Shown: positions 22,692-35,814 of the stretch, one piece after another
Layout: each line of letters begins with the position of its first letter
How positions within the stretch are numbered: position 1 is the first letter of the stretch
From: Amoebidium appalachense
Lineage: Eukaryota; Protista; Ichthyosporea
Direction: 5' to 3'
DNA: 64,000 nt
Assembly: GCA_963693365.1 (NCBI GenBank)
Contig: CAVNZM010000004.1
Span: 10,878,468 to 10,942,467, forward strand
Translations under genes and position numbers: made by a program
Notes under the pieces: model-generated
The model's database searches: none
Told to the model about the DNA's origin: nothing
What the model saw: only the letters and a program-made list of their open reading frames with translations

Positions 22692-23087
22692 TTATGCGCC
22701 AATCTTGACCAATCGGATGTAAGCGATGGTCATGGATGCTCCAGACACAAGTGCCCCTGCACACGCAATCATGTCAGAGCCCCCCCCCTCCTCCCCCCTC
22801 CCCCCAACACCCTCCTCCTCCTCCCCCCATCCCCCCCCCCCTGCCGGTGCACACGAAGGCCTGCACATACCTACACACCATGCAAAGGCAGTAAAACAAA
22901 CGGGATGGGTGTGTAGGTATATTTAGTTTTAGTGGGATGTATGTGTGCGTAGCAAGAAAGACAGAGACAGGTAGGGCCGTGAGTAAGGGGGGAAGATGGT
23001 GATGGGAGGGAGGGAAGCAGGGAGCAAGACGGAAACGGGTGGAAGCGGGGGGGGGGGGGGGGGGGGGGGAGGGGAGAGGGGGGGAGA

Positions 23088-23168
<81 letters not shown>

Positions 23169-24617
23169 CAAACACACGCACACACACAGAGAGAGAGAGG
23201 GGGGAGGGGAGGGGGAGGGGGGGGGGGGGGGGGGGGGAGGGGGTGCGAGAAAGAGATATTGTGTGTGTGGTGTGTGTGCATGTGTTTGTGTGAGCGTGCA
23301 CACGTCTTTTGGCCTGGGGAAGGCGGCGGCGGCCGGGGGGGGGGGGGGGGGGGGGGGGGGTCTTTACCGAGGAAGTATTTAAAGAAATCCAGCTTCGACT
23401 GTTCGATTTGGGTGCGTAGATGTCCCACCTGCCGTGCCCACGTCATCAGATGCAACACCCAAAAGAATCCTCCCTCCCCCCTTCCCCCCTCCCTCCCTCC
23501 TTTTCCTAAGCCCTTTTCTTGGTGCTTCGGCAACGTATCCACTAAGTGGCTCTCCATTGCACATGCCCACATGCAAGCAGACAACATACAAACATGTGCA
23601 CACGCACAAGCAAACACCCAACCCAAGAACCCTCCCAGCATTCCATCCCATACCCACACTACACACCAAGAATACCAAAACATAACCACACCCCACACCT
23701 AATGATACACAAACGTACCTGCAACCCATAACACACACACACACACACACTCGGGCACCAATGCACACGGACACATACACACACCACCCTTAATTCCAAT
23801 CCTCCTCCCTCCCCCCCACCCCTTCCCCTCTTCCCCCCGTTCATTTAAATTAATATTAACTATAAACACACGCATGCTTACCTCGGTGTCTATTCTGCCC
23901 CGTGTGTCCTTGATTCTTTGTTCTTGCAGTGCAAAGTCCTCCTTTGTTCGCCCCTTTTCCAGACTGAAGTCTAGACGCACACCACTCTGCCCATACACCA
24001 TTTGAGTATAAGATAATGACTTGAAAGGGAGTAAAAAACCACCTTCCCTCCTCCGAGCTTCCTCCCTCCCCCCCCCATCTCCCCCCCCCTCTACCCTTCC
24101 ATACTCGCCCAACCACCTCCACCATCACGCACGATGCAAACGAACAAGGACACACACACACACACACACACAAGCGTGCACACACACACAGAAACACACA
24201 GGCACACACAGAGGCACACACATGCACACACATGCACACTCATGCACACTCATGCACATGCACACGCACACGCACACGCACACGCACACGCACACGCACA
24301 CGCACACGCACACGCACACACCATTACTCGTGCCATAGTTTGCACACCGGGAACGATACAGATGCAACCACCCACATGGCGTCCATGCCGGGAGACACAT
24401 GATAAGACCTAAAGCGTGTGTGTGTGTGTGTGTGCAAGCACGTGCATGCAACTTTGTAGCACTGAGAGAAACAATGAGCAGAAGCAACAACAGAGGATTA
24501 GGGGGGCAGAGGGGGGTGGAGGGGGAGGGGAGGGGGCGGAAAGGGGGGGGGGGGAAGTCCAACCTTCATTTTTGTGATTTCCTCTTTCAACATTTCATCC
24601 AGCTTCTTTAGTTCTTG

Positions 24618-24654
<37 letters not shown>

Positions 24655-25173
24655 TGTGTGCATGCGCGCATGTGTGTGTAGCGAATGTGTCATTGATTAT
24701 GTGTACACGTACCTGCTCAGCATTTGCATGTATGTATTTACAGGGAGCCAGAAAGCTCAACGGATAAATCTAGTACGGAGGAGGGGAGGGAAAGGTGAAC
24801 CTGTGAGCTTTTATGCACGTGCGCGGGTGACAACTCAACTTGCGTACATGGTGAACGTGTCAGACAGACACTGATAACAACACACGTGTAAAACCATCCG
24901 ATTAAAACATTAAAAAGAAAAGAAGAGCACGTGAGTAAGTACTTTAGTGTTCGAGAGGAGGGCAAGGGAAGGGGGTGTTTCTAGCTATGTAAACCCCTGC
25001 ACACGTGTGTGCATCTTTGACTCAGTGCCGGTGTGGATGTGGATTGTTGGGTTGAAGGGGGAGGGAGTTGGGGGCTTGAACGCACCATCAAGTACGAAGC
25101 ACGAGTTGGGGGGGGGGGGGGGGGGGGGGGTTGTCGTCATCACAACATCGATCATTGCTGAGAACCCCCCTCC

Positions 25174-25221
<48 letters not shown>

Positions 25222-25794
25222 ACGCACACACGCACACACGCACACACACACACGAACACGCACACACGCACACACACAGACAAAAAAAAAAAAAAAAGAA
25301 CAAAAAGAAAAAGAAAAGAAAAAGGAAAAAAATAAAACTGTTGGCCATAGGAGTTAAACTTCACAGTTGCGACAACAAGTTTTGTGCAGCAACAAACACA
25401 TCCGAAGAGTTGAAGAATGGGACTGGGCCACTGATATCCACAGTCATTTGCTTAGCAACCACCCGGTCTATATCCCCCCCTCCCCCCTCCCCCCCCTCCC
25501 CCCTCCCCCCCCCCCCCCCCCCCCCCCCCCTCCCCCCCAGGTTTTCCACCAGAAAGGGAAAAAAAAAGGGAGAAAAAAAAAAATGAAGAAGAAGAGGAAG
25601 AGGAAGAAGAAAGAAGAAAAAACAAAGACTAAAGCAAAAAGCTCAGCGGGAACACACACAGATACACATGCACCCCGCGCACCTGTATTCTGTCGATGTC
25701 GAACCGTACGAGGATAAGTTTCGTCTTGTCCAAAACCTCAATGTCCTTGCGTACCTGCCCACGTGCACACACGTGAGTGCACGTAAATTCAAAT

Positions 25795-25838
<44 letters not shown>

Positions 25839-27622
25839 GTGCGCACGCGCAGACGAGCAGAAAAGCAGGCATACAGGAACGCACACATGGATACATGCAC
25901 GGCCACACACAGTACAGAGATCCGGAGAGTGGGCAAGGAGAGAGAGGGAAGAAAAAACCGGCGCGGTTACCGTACACAAGACGAATTCAGAGGCAAGCAT
26001 AAGCACATACAGGTTTACAGCCCTTCTCCCCTCTCCCCCCCCCCCCCCCCCCTCTCTACGGGACCTCTCTTCTGTCTCTGTACCTCTCTCTCTCTTCAGA
26101 CGCAAACCCAGATACTTGTATCGATGGCATTTGTATCGGTTTGCGCGCAGTGACATAGCAATAACCAGTGTCCAATCAAAATGGGTATAGCATATACACG
26201 GTGTCCAATCAAGATGGGTGCAGCATGTACATGGTGTCCAATCAAAATAGGTATAGCATATACATGGGGTCCAATCAAAATAGGTATAGCATATACATGG
26301 CGTCCAATCAAAATAGGTATAGCATACACATGGTGTCCAACCAAAATAGGTATTGCATATACATGGTGTCCAATCAAAATAGGTATAGCATATACATGGT
26401 GTCCAATCAAAATAAATGCAGCATATACATGGTGTCCAATCAAAATGGTTGCAGCATGTAAATGGTGTGTGAGTGTGTGTGTGAGTGTGTGTTGTGTGTG
26501 TGGGTGTGTGGGTGGGTGTGCGCGCGTGTGTGTGCATATGTGTTTGTGTATGGAGTTCATGCACGAGAGTGTGCCTGTGTGCGTGTCCGTGTGTGTCCAC
26601 ACATGTGCAATTGTGTGTTTGTTCGCTCATGTGCATTTTTTGTGTGTGTCCGTGTACTTGCTTTTGTGTGCATGTGCCCGCGCGTGCACACATGTGTATT
26701 CATGTTCATGTGAACCTTGAACATGTGGTGTGTCCATGTGCATTCACATTGGCATGTGTGGTGTGTCCATGTGCATTGTAAATGCTTGTGTGGTGTGTCC
26801 ATGAGCATGCACATTTGCATGTGTGGTGTGTTCATGTGCATGCACATTTGCACATGTGTGTGTGTTTGTGTGTGCACATGCATGCGTATATGTGCACATG
26901 TGTGTGTGTTTGTGTGTGCACATGCATGCGTATATGTGCACATGTGTGTGTTTGTGTGTGCTCATGCATGCATTTATGTGCACATGTGTGTTTTTGTGTG
27001 TGCGCATGCATGCGTATATGTGCACATGTGTGTGTTTGTGTGTGCTCATACATGCGTATATGTGCACATGTGTGTTGTGTGTGCTCATGCATGCTTATAT
27101 GTGCACATGTGTGTGTGTTGTGTGTGCTCATGCATGCTATATGTGCACATGTGTGTGTGTTTGTGTGTGCTCATGCATGCGTATATGTGCACATGCCCAC
27201 CTGCTCCAGGTCCAGTGCATGTTGGTGGATGAACTTTTCAAACTCCGCCTTTCGGCTCAACGTCTCTGCTGCCTCTTCCATACTGTTGTTTTATTTATAT
27301 GTTTGTTTTTATTTATCATTTATTTATTTGTTTATTTATTTGGTGAAGAGGTAGGGAGTGGGGGGGGAGGGGGGGGGGGGGGGAGGGGGAGGGGGGGGGG
27401 GGGAAGGCAGGTTAGAGTGCCGTGCACTTCAAGAAGTGCAGATTCACACCGAATTGATTTGAGCCGAGGGTAAAGTATGGACACGGCGCAGAGTGCAAAG
27501 GCACACAAGACCCCCCCCCCCCCCCCCCCTCCCCCCCCGGTGCCCCATTTCCCACCAAAATACTAGAAAGAACAGGGAATGAAATGACAGAGCCCCCCCC
27601 TCCCCCCCCCCCCCCCCCCTCC

Positions 27623-27653
<31 letters not shown>

Positions 27654-27888
27654 CGACCTCATCTGGACGATTGCTGTGAGTGCTGCAGTTAGCGCCTGTG
27701 CCTGTGCCTGTGTAAACCCCCTCCCTTGTAGCTGTCTCTCCACCCCCTCCACATCCACCCCCCCAACAAGTCGTGTCTCCGTTTCGGTGGATGGTGTGGT
27801 TTTCTGCTGACGGGGAAAAAAAAAAAAGATGAGGTGTGTGTGTAGACACGACACAAGGAAATGTGTGTGTGTGTGTGTGTGTGTCTGT

Positions 27889-27933
<45 letters not shown>

Positions 27934-28352
27934 CACGCTTGCGCATGCATGTGTACGTGCACACGAGATAAGAGCAAACATGAATAAACAGAGAACTGTG
28001 GATGAACCTGCATGCACAGCACAAACATGCACACGCGACTACCTGTACGTGACCGGGGAGATTGAACCACGTGCACATCGTCACTGCACATCCGCACACC
28101 CATCAGAACACCAACACACACACACACATATGTCCCCACCTACCCACCCATTCAACCACCTACCCACCCATCCAACCACAGGCCAACACACATACTCCCC
28201 TCCCCCCCCCCCCCTCCCCCCTCCCCCCCCCCTCCCACAAACACACACACACCAATACTCCTCACCCAGTCCCCCCCCCCCCCCCCCCCCCCCCCCACAC
28301 ACAAAAAAAAACAAAAAGAAAAAACACACACATACACACACACACACACACA

Positions 28353-28397
<45 letters not shown>

Positions 28398-28571
28398 GCA
28401 CACACACACACGCACACACACGCACACACACACACACACACACACCTCTTCATTCCAGCATGGTCTTCCAGCCATCAGCCCTCGCACGTGCTGAGGTCTT
28501 CTGCTGACACCCAAAGCTAGACCCAACACCATTCATTATCCCCCCCCCCCCCCCCCCCCCCACCCCCACCC

Positions 28572-28602
<31 letters not shown>

Positions 28603-29693
28603 AAACAAAACAAAAAAAAAACCTCCCACTCCACCATACACCCAACCCAATTACACATTTTATTTTCCTGCTTGGCTATTTCATTTCCCATTCCTCTGCT
28701 CTACTATTTACACCCACCCCCCCCCCCCCCCCCCCCCCCCCCACCACCCTCACACACACACACACCCTCCCGTCCCCGCCCCTCCCCCTCGCCACATCAA
28801 CACCACCTATCACCTCTTCCGAAAAAATATATGAATTCAAAGTATAAATGAGAAGTCTAAAACTAGCACTCACAGGTCCCTTTCCATAACAATCTCACAG
28901 TCTGAACAGTAATTAATCCTGCTGATCTCTTAATATCTCTCCCAGTTTTATTATACCAGCCCCCTCCCCCGTCCCCTCCCCCCTCCCCCCTTCTCTCTCC
29001 CCAGCAAGCACGCCACCACCACGTCCTCGAACATCAGTGACGTGTGCTCTAAACCTTCAGAGGCTCTCACATTAAGCAGAACACGACTTCACATGCGCAA
29101 AACAAGCACCAGAACAAGCAACTTTCCACCAACACCCCACAATTTCCCACCAAGGAAAGGAGATCCCATATTATTGCAACCTCTAACATGCAGCCACTAT
29201 TCTCTCCAGCCTCCTCCCATCCTCCCCGAACCCTTCTTCGGGCTACTGGGCTCCCAGAACTTTCGGCCAATTAAGCTTCCTTAACATGGTCTCATTACCC
29301 CAGCCAGAACCCCCCCGCCCCCCCCCCACCCCAACCCCTCCACCCACCCACCCACACTCACTACACCGCAAATATCCGTGCAAACGCCAAGAGCCCCGGC
29401 TTTCAAAGCTCAAAAGTATCCTCTCAGGCTCATCCATCTGCTTAAGCTCGCTTTGATTTCGTTTTCCAAAAAAAGAAGTCTACACAGCCATGCTGTCACT
29501 CAAAGAAAACAAAAAATCAACCACGTACGCGCGTACACACACAGAGACGGGGGGGGGAAGTGGGGGGGGAGGGGGCGGGGGGAGGGAGAGAGAGAGGGAA
29601 AACCATAGTGAGAGAAACAGACAGACAGACAGAGAGAGAGGGAGAGAGGGGGGGGAGAGAGAGAGAGAGAGAGAGAGAGGATGGGGGGGAGGG

Positions 29694-29754
<61 letters not shown>

Positions 29755-29774
29755 GGAGAGAGGGAGGGAGGGAG

Positions 29775-29812
<38 letters not shown>

Positions 29813-29929
29813 GAGAGAGAAAGACCAGGCGAGACACACATTAGCAACCATTATCCACCCACCTGCCGTCGTCCACACTCTTCCAGCCGCTCCCAGCGCC
29901 AGTGGCCTTAACATCACGGTTGCCATCAT
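22692..29929 (-). CDS. CCDC90: MCUR1/CCDC90 (DUF1640) family mitochondrial coiled-coil membrane protein, about 9 exons
   Basis: Arg-rich presequence [21 protein letters not shown], then exons encoding [55 protein letters not shown]...[26 protein letters not shown] and [15 protein letters not shown] (TAA at 22694-22692). This is the DUF1640 head, stalk and C-terminal anchor pattern. Confidence 0.88.
26168..26464. repeat. Minisatellite, 33-bp unit, about 9 copies
   Basis: Consensus gtgtccaatcaaaataggtatagcatatacatg, head to tail with no spacers; intronic. Confidence 0.95.
26845..27195. repeat. Minisatellite, approximately 40-bp TG-rich unit
   Basis: Repeated tgcacatgtgtgtgtttgtgtgtgc(a/t)catgcatgcgtatatg; intronic. 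Confidence 0.85.
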
Positions 29930-30275
29930 TTCTGTTCTCTTACTATGATCACCCCTTAAGATCCTGAACTCGATTAGGGCTCCACAAGATCCTAAATTAT
30001 CATGCATCAAGGTGTTAAGATTCTGTCGCACTGCGCAACTATTACCATATCTCCCGCCAACACCTGAAGGTATACGTATACCCGTATGCATGTGTTCCTA
30101 ACATGTACACGCAAGACACAATAACTACACGGTCGTACATGTATACTCAAACATAACTTGGACTAATAATATGAGCTTTCTTCCATTGATCCATTAATCC
30201 ATGTTTCTCCTCATAAACATAATCTAATAATATTTATGTACCTTCCATGAGAAGACACTTTTTGTTTTTCGTAAT

Positions 30276-30366
30276 TTTTTTTATTTATTATAATGACTTT
30301 TTATTGATATGCTCAGCAAAATAGAAGCAATCGAGATATCACCGATAGCTCGGAGAAGGAAATACA
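30276..30366 (-). mobile_element. Putative 3' remnant of LINE A
   Basis: Reads YFLLRAIGDISIAS, which resembles DFLLNSVGRHIEVS in LINE B, and ends in aataaataaaaaaaa. Confidence 0.4.
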
Positions 30367-32010
30367 TTTTTTTTTTCTTTTTTTTTTTTTTTTTTCTTTT
30401 GACTGGATTTATTCGACGGAAAGATATGCAAGTATGCACGGCATACTGAGAAGACAATAAAAACTTCACGAGTTATCCAGTAACAAGTGCATACTGAGAT
30501 ACCTCAATGTGACGACCAACAGAATTCAACAAAAAGTCTAAAGTGTTCACATTGCCAGCTAGTGTAGCAGATACCCGGAGGGAAAGAGGTAAAACGCGAC
30601 ATAAAAATTCACACCTATCAACATGCTTGCGATTAAAAAGGTCAGCACAAAAGTGGCACCAGCGGCGATGAAAACAAGAATTACAGCGCCACTGCACAAC
30701 TTCCCAGGCAATATCAACATCAGAGCACCATACAGACTTATCTACTAGGGTGGTATCCATACGTACAGCAGGAGAAATGTATCCTGCCAAAGCGCCCAAA
30801 AAGCGATAATGATCAGTACGGTGTTGCCTAAGGAACATAACACATGCCGACTGAGTTTTACCTTTGATTTCTCTATCAGAACGAGAAAGAAACTTATACT
30901 GCGTATGGTAATAACGCGAAAAGGCAGAAAAAACAGGAAGAGAAAAGAAAGAGGGAGTGAGATAGCGAGAGGAAGAATCACGTGGAAAGAAGAGGGTAGG
31001 CTGAGGACATTCAGAAGTAGCGTTGGTGAATCGGGGGGGAAGAGGGATGGAGGGAGGGGGGGGAAAGAAAGCATAAAGAGGGTGACCATCAGGTAGCCTA
31101 ACTAAATGAAAACAAAAACGAAGAGACAATTCCTCCATACGACAAACAGCAGACGACAATCCAAACATGCTGATTAAGGGAGTGACAACCCGAGTACGAA
31201 ACAAAGTGCGTAGCGCAGTACCCTGAAAATCGTCGAACTCGTTCAGCGCCATTGCCGCCTCGCGAGGTGGGGCGCAGGCCAATAGCGGAAGTCCATATTG
31301 GAAAGTCGGCCGTAAAAAAAGTTTTATAGTAGAGAAGAAGGTTCGCAGGATGGATCACAGACTCCTGTTGAAACATATTTGACACGATGTGAAGCTTACC
31401 CTTCGCACGAGCGATCCGTGCCGTGAGGAGCTTGCGGAAATCAATACCCCGTGCAGTAAAAGGAATACCCAAATAGTCATAGGTGCTCTGAACAGGAATA
31501 GGAAGGCCGGCCAATCGAAAGGAAGTGTTCTTCGAAAAAGTAGCACACTTTGCAATTCCGACTGTCATGAGATTCTCGGTGCATGGGCCATTGATCCACC
31601 TGACGAAGCATCTGGTGCATGGCATCTTCGGTTAAGGAACAAAGAACAATATCGTCCGCAAAAAGGAGACCCGGTACACGGCGGGTATGCAGTTGGCCAA
31701 AGGGTTCGAGGGCGCAGGCTAAATCGTCAATGAAAACGTCAAACAACAACGGACTCAGGAGGGACCCCTGCAGAAGACCCCGGGAACGGGAAAAACCGGG
31801 TGTTAATGTTCCATTGACCGCCGCTCGTCCGCGAGTGGTATCGAACAACGCTTGCAGAAGACGGCCAAAGGGGACTGGTAAGCCCCGCATAGCCAGCTTA
31901 TGCCATAACAAACCAGTGGGTACGGTGTCGTAGGCGTTCGTAAGGTCGATGAAGACAACGTGTGGAGAGCCAGAAGTAATGGAATCATGGAGTAACAGAC
32001 TGTGAGTATA
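30367..32010 (-). mobile_element. 5'-truncated non-LTR retrotransposon (LINE B): RT, C-terminal Cys/His knuckle, 3' UTR and poly-A
   Basis: FIDLTNAYDTVP, GLLQGSLLSPLLFDVFIDDL, LFADDI, YDYLGIPF and WRCNSCFHRRWCHFC..RKHVDRC. AATAAA is followed by an A-tail at 30367-30400. Frameshifts near 31590 and 31300. Confidence 0.93.
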
Positions 32011-33540
32011 AGGTTCGGCACAAAAGTGGCACAAACACTGATGGAAACAAAGGTTACAGCGCCAAAACAAACATTTCCAAGCTATGTCACAAGGAGGGGT
32101 TAGAATTGCAAAATCGGTAAGTGTGGTAGGCTTACGAGAGGAAGGATAAATATAAGTAGCTAATTTACACAATGATTGTAAAGAAAGTAGACGAGTCTCT
32201 AATATTAAAGGAAGCACAGGCTCAAGAGCCCTACCATGATACTCTTTATCACAACGATGAAGCAAAGGATATTGAGTTTGAAACCAAGTAACATTTTTTT
32301 TTCTTCTTTTGACTGGATTTATTCGACGGAAAGATATGCAAGTATGCACGGCATACTGAGAAGACGATAAAAACTTCACGAGTTATACTGCTGATAACTA
32401 GTAGAAGAGAACAATAAAGGAGATAAGTATTTAAAAGGATATCTCGGAATGGGCGAGAGGTTGGGGATAGGACATTTCGCACGAGCATTAGAAATGCCGG
32501 GAACAGGTGCTAAAGAAGGAAAGAATTGCAACAAAGGATGATAAGAAGGAAGCCTAACCAAATGAAAACAAAAGCGAAGTCCTAATTCATTCATACGCTG
32601 GCGCGCCGGAGGGAGACCAAAAACACTCAGCAAGGGAGCCGCCAAAGGATGCCTACGCGAGGTTCGAGAAATAAACTGGATGAATTCACGCTGAAAGGAA
32701 TCGAATTCCCGAAGAGCCGCGCGCTGTTGCCGTGGAGGGGCACACAAGAGTACTAACGGGAGGCCATATTCGAAACATGGACGAAGAAAAACTTTATAAA
32801 CAGTGAGCAAATTGGCAGGATGAATATTAGAGATATTTGCGAATATTCCTTGATAGATATGTAAGCGGCCACGCGCACGAGAAATGCGCGAAGTCAAAAG
32901 GCGCTCAAACCAGATCTAGTAGTACCCTTAGACTCTCGGAGGTGAAAGGAATTCCTATTGTAAATAGTCATAGGAGGACACGATTGGGATAGGTTGATTG
33001 TTCAGAGTGTACTGTGCATTGGAAGAAAAGGTGCCGCTTTTATCTACCCAATTTTCATGAAATTTCGGAAACACCAATCATCTACTCGAGAAAGCATGTT
33101 ATTCATGATAGAAGGATCGTGAGTGACTAAGTGAATATCATCAGCGAAAAAAAGGCCGGAGACACAAGAGTCGCCGGCAACTGGAAATTGGTGAATTTCT
33201 ACCGCTAAGTCGTCAATAAAGACATCAAAGAGAAGGGGACTCAAAAGTGAGCCCTGTAAAAGGCCTCGAGTACGATTGAATCCGTTACTCAGTACCCCAT
33301 TCACAACGGCAGTTGCCCCATGGGTGCGGTCAAATAACGCCTGAAGTAGTCGACCAAAGGGAAGAGGTAGCCCTCGAGAGGCCAACTTGTGCCACAGCAA
33401 AGTCGTTGGAACCGTGTCATAGGCATTCTTAAGGTCGATAAAGCATACCTCGCGACATCCAGAACGAATAGTGTCGTGTAATAAAAGAGCATGAGTATAG
33501 CACGAATAATTTTCGACCCATCGCAGCGATCGAAACCCCC
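32011..33540 (-). mobile_element. 5'-truncated non-LTR retrotransposon (LINE A), a diverged relative of B
   Basis: CFIDLKNAYDTVP, GLLQGSLLSPLLFDVFIDDL, FFADDI, FLRPCFEYGL and WRCNLCFHQCLCHFC; frameshifted and interrupted. Confidence 0.93.
32294..32386 (-). mobile_element. 93-bp poly-A-tailed 3'-end copy of LINE B inserted into LINE A
   Basis: Near-identical to the B 3' UTR ending at 30476. Removing it restores YQQY-VTWFQTQY, which is colinear with LINE B protein. Confidence 0.9.
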
Positions 33541-34960
33541 TCGACCCTATACTTAAATGAAAGTTAAATTTTTGCTCTATCGAGCGGTACTATTTGTTTG
33601 TTAGCGACGCGCAAACAGAAAAAGTTTTATTAGGATATATGTGTTTTTTGTTAAAGAACGATTTTTGCCAGATGACGATTGAATTCGAGACTCAAACATT
33701 GACCAATCATCAAATCAATTTGGTTTCAAATCAATTTATAAACTTATAACGATTTCTAACTATTGGATATGAAAGTTAGGTCAGTCGATGCCGATCGAGC
33801 TTTAACTTCGGAGTGTCTTCTCATGGAAGGTACATATTACATAGTCTGTTGCACGGCCCTCGGAGGCTCGGATTTCTCGAGGACCACGATCTGTTGTTTG
33901 TGACGTCACTGCTGAGGTACATTGACGGCTCTAACTCATTTTCAATACATGCCAGAAAGTCACAGTCCAAAGCTTTGCCCTGTGGCACCGCCGTGTCGAC
34001 CGCCATACACAGGGACCAGGATGTAGATCGTAGGGGGGGGAGGGGGAGGATGGGGGGGGGGGGAGGGGAGGGGATTGGGGGAGGTGGGGAGACGAGTGCT
34101 CTTTCTCAACGACATGTATGTTTACAATGTGTATGCAGCATGCCATGGGAACATGGGAACGACTCTGGTACGATTGCATTCCAAAGAAAGTGCTTGCATG
34201 CGCGTGAGGAAACAACGCCGTCTCATTATCAGTTGAGCATGCAAGCAAGCAAAAAGGAACATGTCAATCTATGAATATATAAACAAGTGCTATTTCGTGC
34301 TTATGTGCGGTGCACACGCCACCGTGGCCACCTCTAGCTATAGACTGTTGCCGAATTCTGCCACGTGGCTATAGAGCATGTTTTGTCTGCGCACCACGGA
34401 TGTTGCCCTGTACTGAATTGCTGTGCTGGCACATCACGGCTCAGAGAAAGTGCACACTTAGCCACGGAGGCCCGTATCTACGTCAAAACGGCTCTAGTTA
34501 CAAGGCAGGCATGGGTTTGATAATACTAGCGCGATCACTCGCGCCCATACTCCATCCCTTGAACCAAGAGCTACCCCTGGAGGCTGCGTCTTTGTCGGCC
34601 CCGAGTTGGGTACTTACAAAGAGAGGAGCAGAAAACACAGTTATAAAATGACCAAGATGCCGTGGTAATAGAGGCTGCGAAACACAAAGGTCAACTTGAC
34701 CAAAGGACATGAGAAGGGAGGGGAGCCGACACACAAAAGGATGATTACACCAAGATGTCATGGTGATAGAGAGGGCAGGTGCCATACCCACAGGGTATCC
34801 TTCCAACACCCAGAACATTTATTTCTCACAGGGTAGCCCCCTAGGGATGCGCCGGTGCACCCAAACCATGCAAAGTGGGGGGAAAACCCAGGCGGGACCA
34901 CCCATCGACACAATCCACCTCCATTTTCGTCACACGTCCAGAAATGGCACTGCCATGCAG

Positions 34961-35814
34961 TCATTTGGTAGGGTTGTATCCCTTGTAGCAGCCCATGCTG
35001 CAGAAGTGCAGCTTGCGTGCACCACGCTGAGTGGTGATCACGGCACGAATGCCGGCACGGTGGCAATGTCCAGCACACTCCAGCTGCTGATATTTATACA
35101 AGAGGTCAGTTCAAGGTTCGTTAAGAAATATCTCCGGAAAAAAAAAACAAAAAGAGCAATCAGCTACTGGAGATGTCAGGTACGTCCAGACGTCACACAC
35201 CACTGGAAAAAGGAGAAAAACGGTTCTAAAACTCGAAAAAAGCACAAGCAGGGACCTTATCGGAACTGACCCAAGAAAGACAAAGCCACTCACAGGTTGC
35301 ACGAGAGAACGCACAAGCAAACCCTTTCCAAGCACGGCAGTTTCACTTACGGCCAATAACAGTCTGGGTGTCAGCATCACCTTATCGTTCTAAAGGTGGT
35401 GAACGTACACCAAGCATTCCTTAAAATATATTTCCACCAACTTAGAGGCCGACGTAAGTCCGAGAAAAATGTATCTGTCTTTTTTGAAACCATCGTGGTT
35501 CCGTCCACAGCAGCATCGCCCATTTTTTTCGTCCTCGTTGAATGAACAGGCAGCGAATGAATACCTTCAAAGCCCTTTCTTAGACACACGGAGAGACCTA
35601 TGCTAACTTCCGCATTACAATCCAATAAGGCAACCCACACAAAAAGCAAAAAAAAGGAGCTTCCATCGCAGAGGGAAGACATGTAACTTACCGAAGCAGC
35701 GGCACGAGTGGCTGCAGGGAACGAGTACTGCAGGGTAGCCGTGGGGCTGGTCGTGTAGTCCATGGAACCAACAGAATACATAACAGTATTGGGCGCCATT
35801 TTGCTTCAATTTTG
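34961..35814 (-). CDS. Possible spliced Cys-rich protein ending in an FCS/TRASH-like zinc finger (may be a pseudogene)
   Basis: Exon 35086-34961 follows ctgac...tatcag and reads QLECAGHCHRAGIRAVITTQRGARKLHFCSMGCYKGYNPTK*. Exon about 35814-35691 ends at GTAAGT. The middle section does not join cleanly. Confidence 0.35.

Noticed and set aside
24713-24770. AG...GT-bounded in-frame segment ([19 protein letters not shown]) inside the CCDC90 gene
   Set aside because: It would interrupt the coiled coil, and the flanking exons already join in frame; probably a chance pseudo-exon.
26168-26464. CRISPR-like array, or a 354-aa repeat protein ([11 protein letters not shown])n
   Set aside because: The units abut with no unique spacers, there are no cas genes, and the context is a eukaryotic intron. 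The 33-bp unit keeps frames open trivially.
32294-32386. Spliced leader, snRNA or introner explanation for the 93-bp repeat
   Set aside because: It has no GT-AG ends, carries AATAAA plus an A-tail, and is continuous with the LINE B ORF end, so it is a 3' UTR copy.
30367-33540. Retron, DGR or telomerase-type RT system
   Set aside because: The motifs (QGSLLSP, FADD, YLG, C-terminal Cys knuckle, poly-A) fit ordinary non-LTR elements, and the ORFs are broken.
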